A stretch of DNA of 64,000 nucleotides from positions 816-64,815 of the forward strand of contig JALTLO010000022.1 in the NCBI GenBank assembly GCA_027001995.1, written 5' to 3'. The stretch is from Planctomycetota bacterium (GTDB taxonomy: Bacteria > Planctomycetota > GCA-002687715 > DRQF01). The notes under the pieces are model-generated. The model saw nothing but the letters and a program-made list of their open reading frames with translations, was not told where the DNA came from and did no database searches. Position 1 is the first letter of the stretch. The number at the start of each line of letters is the position of its first letter. Positions 49,601 through 57,409 of the stretch are shown here, in pieces. Position numbers and translations under genes: made by a program.

Positions 49601-50124
49601 ATGGAGGCAGAATCACAGTCGATTCCACATCGGAACAAGGAACAGTCTTCAAGATCACAATCCCAAGTTCAGCGAGCGAGCCCACTTTAGAACCAACTCA
49701 ACAGTCTCATGGGGTTCTCCGTCCCCAGAAAGTACTCGTTTTGGATGATGAAGAATCCATCTGCCGCTTTGTCCAGTATGCCTTGGAATCTCGGGGCTGC
49801 GAAGTCGTCACTGTGAGCGACGGGGAAGATGCCATTCGGGTCTACCGCAGCGCCCTGAACGCCAACAAACGGTTTCGCACGGTGATTGCTGACCTAACCA
49901 TTCCTGGGGGTATGGGCGGGGCGCAAGCTGGACGGGAGATCATGAAAATCGATCCCGCAGCCCAAATCATCGTCACAAGCGGGTACGCCAATGAACCCAC
50001 CCTTTCGAACTATGCAGTTCAAGGATTCGCCGGAAAGCTCCCCAAACCGTTTTCCTTGACCCAGCTCATTTCTACTTTGAGTTCCGTGCCGGCAAACTCC
50101 ACAGAATGCAACAATGAGGCTTGA
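46645..50124 (+). CDS. Hybrid sensor histidine kinase with periplasmic beta-propeller (two-component regulator propeller) and Y_Y_Y domain
   Basis: After a signal peptide come repeated WxG-type propeller blades, then Y_Y_Y (YRIHVQAIDAEGNAS) and a TM segment. The kinase core follows: HisKA (IAHDFNNLLTAV), the HATPase_c motifs (VTDQGVGIP and GSGLGLAIVHSIV), then a receiver domain (VLVLDDEES...DLTIPGGMGG). Confidence 0.85.
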   Translation: MLKQKTIYCCLGVLLLCSSGLSQRFHTRTYDLSAGMPAVNCLSTTQDGDGRLWFASRSGMMSYDGEQWKVCEGFGDPENLKPPIHCSADSMGRIWATTIFEVSYLKDGKWHEFPGPPGRRKIRNTQIETIWHKGNPVVLIRYTDGNFMIYREGKWQRVHWTSLEHPPTETGPIVKSTDAFLLTTKDGIFRVDPATGDASPFDLPDSTKNIRGATFDEIRGELWLVGEDWIAKLKRIEGKLDPSSFSFVKSQIQLRPFFSRSPDLQVVADGRGGLWFGNVFSIFHLSIDGDLKRVRPQNGLVAEGVNSFFRDREQNIWIASGRGLTKIISQRFTSYDHDHGLLDDEVSAISQLPDGRIVLGHQGGITLLGPQGTQTIHFDGNDSTSRTMDLKVDPTGSVWACCHFAGLARISEPSQLDFIHALPNIRINSVAFDPQGEIWIGADDGLYKVVGNKLEAIQLPVPSHASAERYGVRRLVTGKSGTIYAAVPRSGILGITKGEFRTWQTAPELLDVYSAIETEKGQVWCGSSSGLGHLINNRFELSHNPRIKGPVYALLEDRQENLWIGTDRGVYVWNGKQLRRFHSGNGLLGAETNRAALFESREGDIWIGTARGVSRYRSELDTRVPVKPQVLLGNISSTDSEFSFASARSLPPESNDVSFAFSASSFIDESQVKFRIKLENYDDAWSTPKVLPSRKIRYTNLPAGEYRIHVQAIDAEGNASDIVVSPTLTIESHFYQETWFLQLCVLAVLGLGWAGFAFWNQRIYSNELEIQVQKRTEELRKAEKTHAQVARLESLGVLAGGIAHDFNNLLTAVTGYTSLISKDKFLSSNSKQFVKEVENACGRAQGLTKQLLTFSRGGAPVRKMTSITDIIEEAATFSLRGSNVECEFDFEEGIPEAHVDADQFHQIINNLTINARQAMPQGGSIRFRVRSIVDENDERHLEILVTDQGVGIPADVVPRIFDPYFSTKSEGSGLGLAIVHSIVHKHGGRITVDSTSEQGTVFKITIPSSASEPTLEPTQQSHGVLRPQKVLVLDDEESICRFVQYALESRGCEVVTVSDGEDAIRVYRSALNANKRFRTVIADLTIPGGMGGAQAGREIMKIDPAAQIIVTSGYANEPTLSNYAVQGFAGKLPKPFSLTQLISTLSSVPANSTECNNEA

Positions 50125-50135
50125 GAAGGTCCGAT

Positions 50136-50699
50136 TCAGCGATCTTCCAAGATCACACCAAGTCCGTCAGCAATGCGATTGACGTAGGCGTAGTAGCCTA
50201 CGATCTCAGCGATATTCAAGATATCAAGATCAGAGAATCCCAGTTTGCGAAGGGGTTGAACGTCAGACTCTTTCATCTGGCCCGGAGACAAAGTGAGCTT
50301 TTCTGCATAAGCGAGCATGCCCTTTTGCTTGGCAGAGATCGCGGCGCTTTGCCAGTCACTTTCAATTGCAACGACCAGAGAGTCTTCTCTCAGAAACCGA
50401 CGCAGACCGCGCCGATGATGACTGACTCAGTAGTGACATTCATTGAGCTGACTCACGACCAAGGCAATCATTTCACGGTCACCTCCACGAAGGCTGGGGG
50501 TCCCTTTCATCACCGCTTGGTAAAGAGAGAAATGAGCTGAAAGACCAGCTGGATGGAGGGAGTGGACTTCCATGATGGCATCCAATTCACCCGTCTCTGG
50601 GTCTGCAACCGATTGGTAGAGATGGACCAACTCATCGTTTGCTTCAGAAACGTCAATCGTCTCGATCCAAGCTCTTTTCTTGTTTTCTTCCATGGACAA
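50136..50699 (-). CDS. AhpD-like / carboxymuconolactone-decarboxylase-family peroxidase-related protein with in-frame TGA (candidate selenocysteine) at the resolving-Cys position
   Basis: The two listed ORFs (50427-50699 and 50136-50318) are in the same frame and are separated by a single TGA at 50427-50429. The read-through is LNECHY-[TGA]-VSHHRRGL, which matches the NxCxYCxxHH motif of the family. A hairpin AUCGGCGC-GGUCU-GCGUCGGU begins 8 nt after the UGA. Confidence 0.55.
50396..50416 (-). ncRNA. SECIS-like mRNA hairpin downstream of the in-frame UGA
   Basis: It has an 8-bp stem with a GGUCU apical loop whose G and U fall about 20 nt from the UGA. The loop sequence resembles the apical loop of the E. 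coli fdhF SECIS. Confidence 0.4.
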
Positions 50700-50704
50700 G
50701 TCCG

Positions 50705-53551
50705 CTACTTTTTCCCCAGTTGCCGAAATACACGAATCGGACCAACAGGCTTTCCCGATTTGTCAAAAAGGCAAACATTCAAAGGGCGGCCCTTTTTCAA
50801 CTTGATGGAGCCACGCAACTCTTTTGACGCCTTGCTTGGAATTTTAGAGCCCGTCTCATAACGCATCTTGAGTCCTTGGACCGGGCAGTTCAAAGTGATC
50901 GCTGAACGATCCCGTTTACTGATGATCTGAGGCCAAAGGATATCCAATTCGCCGTAACGAATTTTCCCTGTTCTGGAGGCGATCACTTCAATTCTCAGAT
51001 AACGTCCCAATTGCGGAAGGTCGAAAATCGCTTTGCCTGCTTTCTTACCTTCAAGAACGTAAACTTTAGCCTTCTTGGCCAGGCCCGAGGCCTGATTGGA
51101 CACAGCAACCTTCACTTCTTTGGGCAAATAGCGTCCACTGAATCGAATGCCAGAAATCAATTCGCGAGAACCAAGGTCAATGGTCACAGTGAATGGAAAA
51201 CGATGAGCGCCTTCACCCATGTCTGGTTGCCATGGAGTTTCAGGATCACCGTCAATTAGAGCCCAAGCCCGACGTATGGCTTCATTCTTGTCCTTGGCTC
51301 CATTCGCTGACATGACTTTCCACCGGTGCTTGGAGAGGCCCAACTCGACACGGGTGATGGCAGCTATTTTCTTTTCTCCTCGATCAAAACCCGCAGAGAC
51401 CAGGCCCCCCAACGGCAAAGAAAAAGGACCTTGATAAATCTGCGACTTGACCGTGGGCCTTCTGCCATCTGTGGTGTAGCGTATTCGGTCGGCGAATGGC
51501 GAACCCTCTATGACCACCAAACCCTGAGCATTTCGCCTAATACGGATTTTCTTAGTGATCGAAGTTTTCTGCTTGAGTTTCAGCCAACCTTTATCTTGAT
51601 CTGGAGCACCGGTGATAAAGAGTCCTTTCTGCCGAACACTGAGCAACATCGCCATGGACGGGTTCACCAGTCCTTCCCCTCCCATGTAAGGAGATCCCAT
51701 ATGAGCCATCGTGTGCCGGAGACCAAATTTGGGTTCCCAAGCTCCACCAAATGACCAGCGCCACGCCTGCATGACTTTTCTAAATGCTTGGGGGTCCGTG
51801 GAGAATAATCCAACCAGCCCCCAAACATCTCCTGGATTGCCATAGGCATGGCTATTCCGCATGTAGGAATGACGCTCGAGCATGATCTTGGCCAATGCCT
51901 TGCGCATATATCGTTTTTCGCCACGCAACTTCGCCGCCAAGGCGAACAAACCACTGCGAGACCAGAATTCTCCCAAGTCACGGTAAGAAGCATTGTAGCC
52001 CATGGCCCCGTGCCCCTTGTCCTTGGGGTCAGACCAAGAGTGCATCATGTAAGGAAGAAGAGTTTCCCAAATGGTCGATTTGATCCCCGCTTTGCGGGCC
52101 AGGGCTTCGAAGACAATCACGTGAGAGGCGGGAGCCATGAGGGCCTTTTGACCGTAAGGCAGTCCACTGGGTCCGTGGCCAAGGGCAGGCATTCCCCATT
52201 TTGAAGTATGAAAGCCCTTCTCAATCCACTTGAGGGCAGACTCGATCCAGGGGCGAATGCGCTCATCGCCCGTAGCCAAAAGATACTCAGACATGAAAAT
52301 CCCAGCATAGGCCGCCGTCCAGAATCCCAGATTGCCGAATGACTCAGGGGTGGCGTATTTCTCCAAGTACCAGTCCGCCACTTGGCGAATCGCTTCATAG
52401 TCCTGTGGATCTCGGCGGCCTAAGAGAGCCAAGCCTGCGAAACAAGTTTGAATCCACTCATTTCCTCCATTGGCCCAATAGCCCTGCTTCTTTCTGGTGC
52501 GCCGCACAAAGTCCATAAGATCGGCATAAAGCTCGGGTGTCACTTGATCGTCGAAAGGGAAGTCCTCAGGCAAGGGCGAACGTTTCACCAATTTCAATGT
52601 CAGTTCTTTGGTTTGCAGTTTGCGTAGAACCGTCAACCTAACCCGAGGGCGTCCACTCTCTAAAGCTGCTTCCGACGCTCTCCCCAGTGCCTGCTCATGA
52701 CCATTCTCAAACCAGTCGAATCCTGGTTTGCAGGAATTGATTGGCAATGGAGCACCGTTGATTTCCAAGATGATATCCCCTGGCAAGAGCCCTGCGACGG
52801 CTGCGGGTGAACCCTTCCTCACAGAGACCACAGGTAAGGGAGCATGCTCGTGAGCTGTTTGAGAAACAAAACCTAAAGTTCCAGAATCAAGCCGATCTGG
52901 CCCATTCTTGCCATTAGGTTTAGCGAAATTCATAACGGCGGGATCTTGGGGCAAACGCAAGACAAGGACATCATCAACCAAAATTGGGATTTTGCCTTTC
53001 GATTGAATCGAAAGACGCCATTTGCTGTTGCTCAATTTAGCAACAGGTAGGGCAATAAGAGCTCGCTGCCGAAATCCTATTTGATTGACTTTGATTTTTT
53101 TCTCAAAAGCGCGACTGGTCCCGGGCACCTCCAAGCGCAGAACCAAGACGCCGTGGCTCTTTCCAGCCTTGCGAAGGGGACTGAGGGCTCCATCAACGCT
53201 GATAGAATAGACCCATTGCTCTGGATTAAAACCATCCTTGTCAGATTTCTTCGCCGGTGGAGTGGCAAAATGAACGTCGCGGCTTAGCTTCGCAGAAGGC
53301 CCCAACAAAATGGCGAAATCATTCTTCGTTTGCGTTCCGTCACGTTTGGCCCAGCGCGCATTCCCCTCGACCCGCCATTCTTTCGATTTGAAGGCCTTGC
53401 CATCTTGAGCACGTTTCTTGTTAAAACGAGAGCCTGACAGTTTGATCTGGTCAGCCCCCACGTCCTCCGGGCTTGGCGAAAGGCATAAGAAAGCCAAAAC
53501 AGACAAACACATGAACCAAAAAAGAACGCCTGAGAATACCGAACTCTTCAT
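50705..53551 (-). CDS. Large secreted multidomain protein (PDZ domain; alpha-helical glycosidase-like core; C-terminal F5/8 type C / discoidin domain)
   Basis: It has a signal peptide and a PDZ domain (AAVAGLLPGDIILEINGAPL). The discoidin-like segment is WALIDGDPETPWQPDMGEGAHRFPFTVTIDLG. It is 948 aa. Confidence 0.5.
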   Translation of the reverse strand: MKSSVFSGVLFWFMCLSVLAFLCLSPSPEDVGADQIKLSGSRFNKKRAQDGKAFKSKEWRVEGNARWAKRDGTQTKNDFAILLGPSAKLSRDVHFATPPAKKSDKDGFNPEQWVYSISVDGALSPLRKAGKSHGVLVLRLEVPGTSRAFEKKIKVNQIGFRQRALIALPVAKLSNSKWRLSIQSKGKIPILVDDVLVLRLPQDPAVMNFAKPNGKNGPDRLDSGTLGFVSQTAHEHAPLPVVSVRKGSPAAVAGLLPGDIILEINGAPLPINSCKPGFDWFENGHEQALGRASEAALESGRPRVRLTVLRKLQTKELTLKLVKRSPLPEDFPFDDQVTPELYADLMDFVRRTRKKQGYWANGGNEWIQTCFAGLALLGRRDPQDYEAIRQVADWYLEKYATPESFGNLGFWTAAYAGIFMSEYLLATGDERIRPWIESALKWIEKGFHTSKWGMPALGHGPSGLPYGQKALMAPASHVIVFEALARKAGIKSTIWETLLPYMMHSWSDPKDKGHGAMGYNASYRDLGEFWSRSGLFALAAKLRGEKRYMRKALAKIMLERHSYMRNSHAYGNPGDVWGLVGLFSTDPQAFRKVMQAWRWSFGGAWEPKFGLRHTMAHMGSPYMGGEGLVNPSMAMLLSVRQKGLFITGAPDQDKGWLKLKQKTSITKKIRIRRNAQGLVVIEGSPFADRIRYTTDGRRPTVKSQIYQGPFSLPLGGLVSAGFDRGEKKIAAITRVELGLSKHRWKVMSANGAKDKNEAIRRAWALIDGDPETPWQPDMGEGAHRFPFTVTIDLGSRELISGIRFSGRYLPKEVKVAVSNQASGLAKKAKVYVLEGKKAGKAIFDLPQLGRYLRIEVIASRTGKIRYGELDILWPQIISKRDRSAITLNCPVQGLKMRYETGSKIPSKASKELRGSIKLKKGRPLNVCLFDKSGKPVGPIRVFRQLGKK

Positions 53552-53554
53552 AAA

Positions 53555-54040
53555 TCAATCCTCCTGCGCCAGTCGTTCCAGATCAGCCCCTTCGAGCCGA
53601 AACACGGACCAACCGTCCATTTGCTTGGCTCCTAGTGACTGATAAAATTGAATCGAGGGTTCATTCCAATCAAGACAAGCCCATTCGAAACGGGCGCAGT
53701 TTCTTTCCTTGGCAACCCCAGCCAAGGCCCTCATCAAAGACAATCCCAGGCCCTGGCCTCGATACTCGAGCTTGACAAAGAGATCTTCCAAATAAAGACC
53801 AGGGCGGCCACGCCAAGTCGAATAGGTATGAAAAAAGAGTGCCATCCCCACCACAGCACCCTTGACCTCAACCAAAATGCACTCGATCTTCACCGCCGAA
53901 TTTCCTGCCAAATCACTGGCAACAGACTCAACCGTAGCCTCTACGGCATCCGGCTCTTTTTCGTAGTCCGCCAAATCTTGGATCAGTCCAAGTATGGCCT
54001 CAGCGTCATTCTCAGTTGCCATCCTCAAAGTATGAGTCAT
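53555..54040 (-). CDS. GNAT-family N-acetyltransferase (diamine/spermidine acetyltransferase-like)
   Basis: It has the acetyl-CoA motif YRGQGLGLSLMRAL, followed by NCARFEWACLDWNEPSIQFY. Confidence 0.85.
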   Translation of the reverse strand: MTHTLRMATENDAEAILGLIQDLADYEKEPDAVEATVESVASDLAGNSAVKIECILVEVKGAVVGMALFFHTYSTWRGRPGLYLEDLFVKLEYRGQGLGLSLMRALAGVAKERNCARFEWACLDWNEPSIQFYQSLGAKQMDGWSVFRLEGADLERLAQED

Positions 54041-54196
54041 CGTTGTCTCGGTTCCATTCTTACATTTCGCTTTGCGCTGTTTTCCAAGCCACCTTAATGG
54101 TCCCAGTAGGTGTCAAAAATGATACTCTTTTTCTGCTGCAAGAGGGTCCACTCTTGGCATTATTGAAGAGTGAAATCCCCAACCCTGAGGAACTCC

Positions 54197-56224
54197 ATGA
54201 AGTCCGCCCTTGTTTTCACCATCTTGGTCCTTTTGGCTGGCTGCCAGGCTCAAAAGGCCAAGGAAGGGAAAACCACCCCCCCTCAGAACATCGGATTGGC
54301 AAACTTAGACGATCTCAAGCTCTTACCTCTTCTCGATGGGGGCCCAATCGGAGCCCATGATCTTTGGTTCCAAGGTTTCTCAAGCGCCGACCTCAGCGGC
54401 ATTAACAATGATGGTTTCAAGCCAATCATAGATTTCCCTGCGCCCTACACCCGTTCTTTTGAATACTACGATAAGAAGAGAAAAGAAGCCGTGTTGGCAG
54501 AGGTCAAAGGTGCGGGCATTGTGGTGCGAATTCGTTTCGCCCAAGCCAAGAGCGAAGCAAGCACAGATCACACCTTAGGAAACGATGACTACGACGTCCG
54601 CATCTATATTGACGATCCCAAGGAGCCCTTCGTCAGTTGCTCTATGAGTGAACTTGTCAGTGGCCAAGTCCAAGGTTTCCCCTACCCCTTGGTAGCAGGA
54701 GAAAAGCAAGCAGCCGGAGGACTCTTCATCAACGTGCCTCTGCCGTTCAAAACATATTTTCGTTTGGCCACGACTGGCACACCTCATTTTCATTCCATTT
54801 CGATTCTGAGGACACACACGGCCAGCAACATCGAGAGCTTCTCCTCATCCATGCTGTTAGGGAAGGCCCTCCAGAATTTGGCAGCCGAAATACCCGCCAT
54901 GAAGAAAGCGAACTCGGAGTCCCTGATTTCTCTGGGTCCCAAAAAGTCAGTCACAGTGGCGTCCTTTGAGGGGCCAGGAGAAGTCACAAGCTGGAGTCTT
55001 CTCCCCAAGAACGGCGTGTGGAATGAAGATCTCCTGCAATCCACCTTCGTTGACATCACTTACGAAGATGAAGACCTTCCTCGGGTGTCCTGCCCCTTGG
55101 GGCTTTTCTTCGGCTCTGGACTTCATGGAGGTGTCATTGATTCTTTCGCCTTTGGGCGCGAGAAGAATGGCAGGGCCTACTGTCGCTATCCCATGCCCTT
55201 CGCGAGATCATTCTCTTTGTCTATTCGTAACAAGAGTTCGAAGGCCATTGCATTCGCCATCGAGCTGCTTCACCGAAAGAAGGAAGCAAAACAGCCCTTT
55301 GGTTACTTCTCTGCCAAATATCGTGTCACCCAAGACCCCGATATCGACCAAGATATTCAAGTACTTGATGTGGAAGGAGAAGGGCGCATCGTCGGCATGG
55401 CGGAAGACCTTCTGACCACAGACCTCATGGTTCTGGAAGGCGACACCCGCGTTTTTGTCGATGGATGCCGTTCAGTTGCATTGGAAAGTGATGGCCACGA
55501 AACCTGGTGGGGATGGGCATGGTATCGGGGCCCTCTTGACCAGCCATATCAGTTGCCAACCCAGGGATACACCCTCAAGACCAAGGTGGACGATCAGTTC
55601 CAATTGTCTTTCTACCGCAACATGATCACGGACTTCATCCCATTTCAAAATGGAATTAGGATAGGGTTTCAACATGGTCCAGTGAACTCCACCAAGGCTG
55701 AATACCGCACAGTTGTCTTTTTCTATCACCGCAAGCAAGCCCGTTTGGAGCTCACAGATTCGATCAACATTGGCCAAGAATCTGAGGAAAAAGCCCACAA
55801 CTACAAAGCCATTGCCAAGCAAGAAATGACAACCCGCCAGGGAGTTTTCGAGGGGCAAGAGAACCGTGTCCTTAAGAATCGCGGCTACTCATCTCTGGAG
55901 GAAAGCAGTTTCACAGTGAACATCTCACCAACAAACGCCGGTGTTCGACTCGTCAGGCTTTCTGATCCCACCCGTTTGGAACAACCCCAAGCGGCGAAGA
56001 TTTACGTAGACGACAAATGGGCCGGGACTTGGTTTCAACCGCACTACAACCCATCCAAGACCATTTTCTTCAACAACAAACTCCAGCCACAGAAAGAGCG
56101 TTGGTTAGAAGATCAGTTCAGCATCCCTCCAGCCCTGACTCAAGGGAAATCCAAGATAAGGATTCGCATGGTCTCCCAAGGTCATTGGAGTGAATACCTC
56201 TATCGAATCTACTCCCGCCAATGA
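54197..56224 (+). CDS. Lipoprotein of unknown function (possibly DUF2961-like beta-sandwich)
   Basis: It has a lipobox (ILVLLAGCQAQ). GAGG lies upstream of the ATG at 54197. The listed GTG start at 54170 is over-extended. I cannot assign a firm family. Confidence 0.45.
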   Translation: MKSALVFTILVLLAGCQAQKAKEGKTTPPQNIGLANLDDLKLLPLLDGGPIGAHDLWFQGFSSADLSGINNDGFKPIIDFPAPYTRSFEYYDKKRKEAVLAEVKGAGIVVRIRFAQAKSEASTDHTLGNDDYDVRIYIDDPKEPFVSCSMSELVSGQVQGFPYPLVAGEKQAAGGLFINVPLPFKTYFRLATTGTPHFHSISILRTHTASNIESFSSSMLLGKALQNLAAEIPAMKKANSESLISLGPKKSVTVASFEGPGEVTSWSLLPKNGVWNEDLLQSTFVDITYEDEDLPRVSCPLGLFFGSGLHGGVIDSFAFGREKNGRAYCRYPMPFARSFSLSIRNKSSKAIAFAIELLHRKKEAKQPFGYFSAKYRVTQDPDIDQDIQVLDVEGEGRIVGMAEDLLTTDLMVLEGDTRVFVDGCRSVALESDGHETWWGWAWYRGPLDQPYQLPTQGYTLKTKVDDQFQLSFYRNMITDFIPFQNGIRIGFQHGPVNSTKAEYRTVVFFYHRKQARLELTDSINIGQESEEKAHNYKAIAKQEMTTRQGVFEGQENRVLKNRGYSSLEESSFTVNISPTNAGVRLVRLSDPTRLEQPQAAKIYVDDKWAGTWFQPHYNPSKTIFFNNKLQPQKERWLEDQFSIPPALTQGKSKIRIRMVSQGHWSEYLYRIYSRQ

Positions 56225-56483
56225 GCCAACTGGGCAACAGTTCATACCTCAAGAAGAACTCATCAAAGCTCTTACAGTTGTGAGAGAAAAACCGGCAAAA
56301 TTCCGCTGTATGCGCCCTTGGGGGTTCGCCCCCCCTGATTTCAGTCTCGTCATTTGATATTCGGCTCTGACCCCGGTGCCCGGAAGATCCTATGGTCCTC
56401 TAACGCCACTGATATTTCACCAGGGGGTGCCCGACCTCTCTGTTTACTTCAAATCTTAATCAAGAGGAGCATCACAAGCATCA

Positions 56484-56936
56484 CTATGACTTACGTTTGA
56501 TCAGCTGGATGACACGGTCCAGTTCTTGCAAGAAGCGCGAGCGGTCCCGGGGCTGAAGAGGCTTGGGGCCCCTCGTGACCTCCCCGGCAGCCCGAAGCTC
56601 GGTCATCAGATCACGGGTCGCCAAGACATGGCCAATGTTATCTTCGGTGAAGATCTTCCCTTTGGGTCCGAGCACCATGGCTTCTTTCTTGACGCAACGG
56701 TCAGCCAGAGGCACATCTGCAGTGATAACAATGTCATTGGCCCCCACTTGCTCAACGATCCAATCATCAGCCTCGTCACTCTTGCTACCCACGACCTCCA
56801 AACGAATCCTCTTGGACTCCGGTACAGTCATCCAAGAATTTGCTACCAAGGTAACAGATAACTCATAGCGTCGAGCAACCTTGTAAACCTCATTCTTAAC
56901 CGAGCAAGCGTCCGCGTCGATATAGATGTGAAGCAA
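56484..56936 (-). CDS. yaiI: YaiI/DUF188 (UPF0178) family protein
   Basis: MLHIYIDADACSVKNEVYKVARR matches the YaiI N-terminal signature (IWVDADACP). Confidence 0.75.
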   Translation of the reverse strand: MLHIYIDADACSVKNEVYKVARRYELSVTLVANSWMTVPESKRIRLEVVGSKSDEADDWIVEQVGANDIVITADVPLADRCVKKEAMVLGPKGKIFTEDNIGHVLATRDLMTELRAAGEVTRGPKPLQPRDRSRFLQELDRVIQLIKRKS

Positions 56937-56966
56937 GAGAAGTATCCTTTGAATTCAGCAGCAGAT

Positions 56967-57215
56967 TCACGAAGAGGAGTTCAGGTGCGCTTTTCTTTTA
57001 CATTGAACCATCAAGAAAACGTAGAAAACGCCAAAGGCAGCATTCAGCACGGCCGCAACCCAAACGATCCAAGGAGCTAAGAAGAAATCTCCCGACGGTG
57101 GAATGACCCCAGCGATGGCAAGAACCAAGGGCGAGAACATCCCCACGATTGCAATCGATTGGACTGGCTTGAAGACCGAATCTGATTTCTGAGATTTTTC
57201 CACGTTTCTCTCCAC
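56967..57215 (-). CDS. Small membrane protein (2 TM), hypothetical
   Basis: It has two hydrophobic helices. I find no homology. Confidence 0.3.
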   Translation of the reverse strand: MERNVEKSQKSDSVFKPVQSIAIVGMFSPLVLAIAGVIPPSGDFFLAPWIVWVAAVLNAAFGVFYVFLMVQCKRKAHLNSSS

Positions 57216-57254
57216 TTTCAGTGATCACCACAGGACTATAGCCCGAATTATCCA

Positions 57255-57276
57255 CGATCTCATGAATAAGTCAGGG
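57255..57276 (+). repeat. Copy of the CGATCTCATGAATAAGTCAGGG repeat
   Basis: It lies about 135 nt upstream of the trmH-family gene. Confidence 0.5.
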
Positions 57277-57409
57277 TAGCCACAAAGAAAAGGGAACTGA
57301 GAGGCACAAATTTGGACCAAACGAACATTCCCTGACGAAAACGCGGTTTGGCTTTCCTTTCCCGAGTTTCCCTGCAATCATAGGTGGGCCAACCCAAGAG
57401 GAGCATGAA

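Noticed and set aside
50427-50429. Reading the TGA in the AhpD-like gene simply as a nonsense mutation (pseudogene)
   Set aside because: I have not fully excluded it. It is disfavoured because the codon sits exactly on the conserved resolving Cys. The frame stays open on both sides. A SECIS-like hairpin follows at the canonical distance.
56320-56360. tRNA-like T-arm GGGGGTTCGCCCCC
   Set aside because: The loop is only 4 nt (a UUCG tetraloop), not the 7-nt T-loop. No acceptor, D-arm or anticodon arm can be drawn. It is a hairpin terminator or structure instead.
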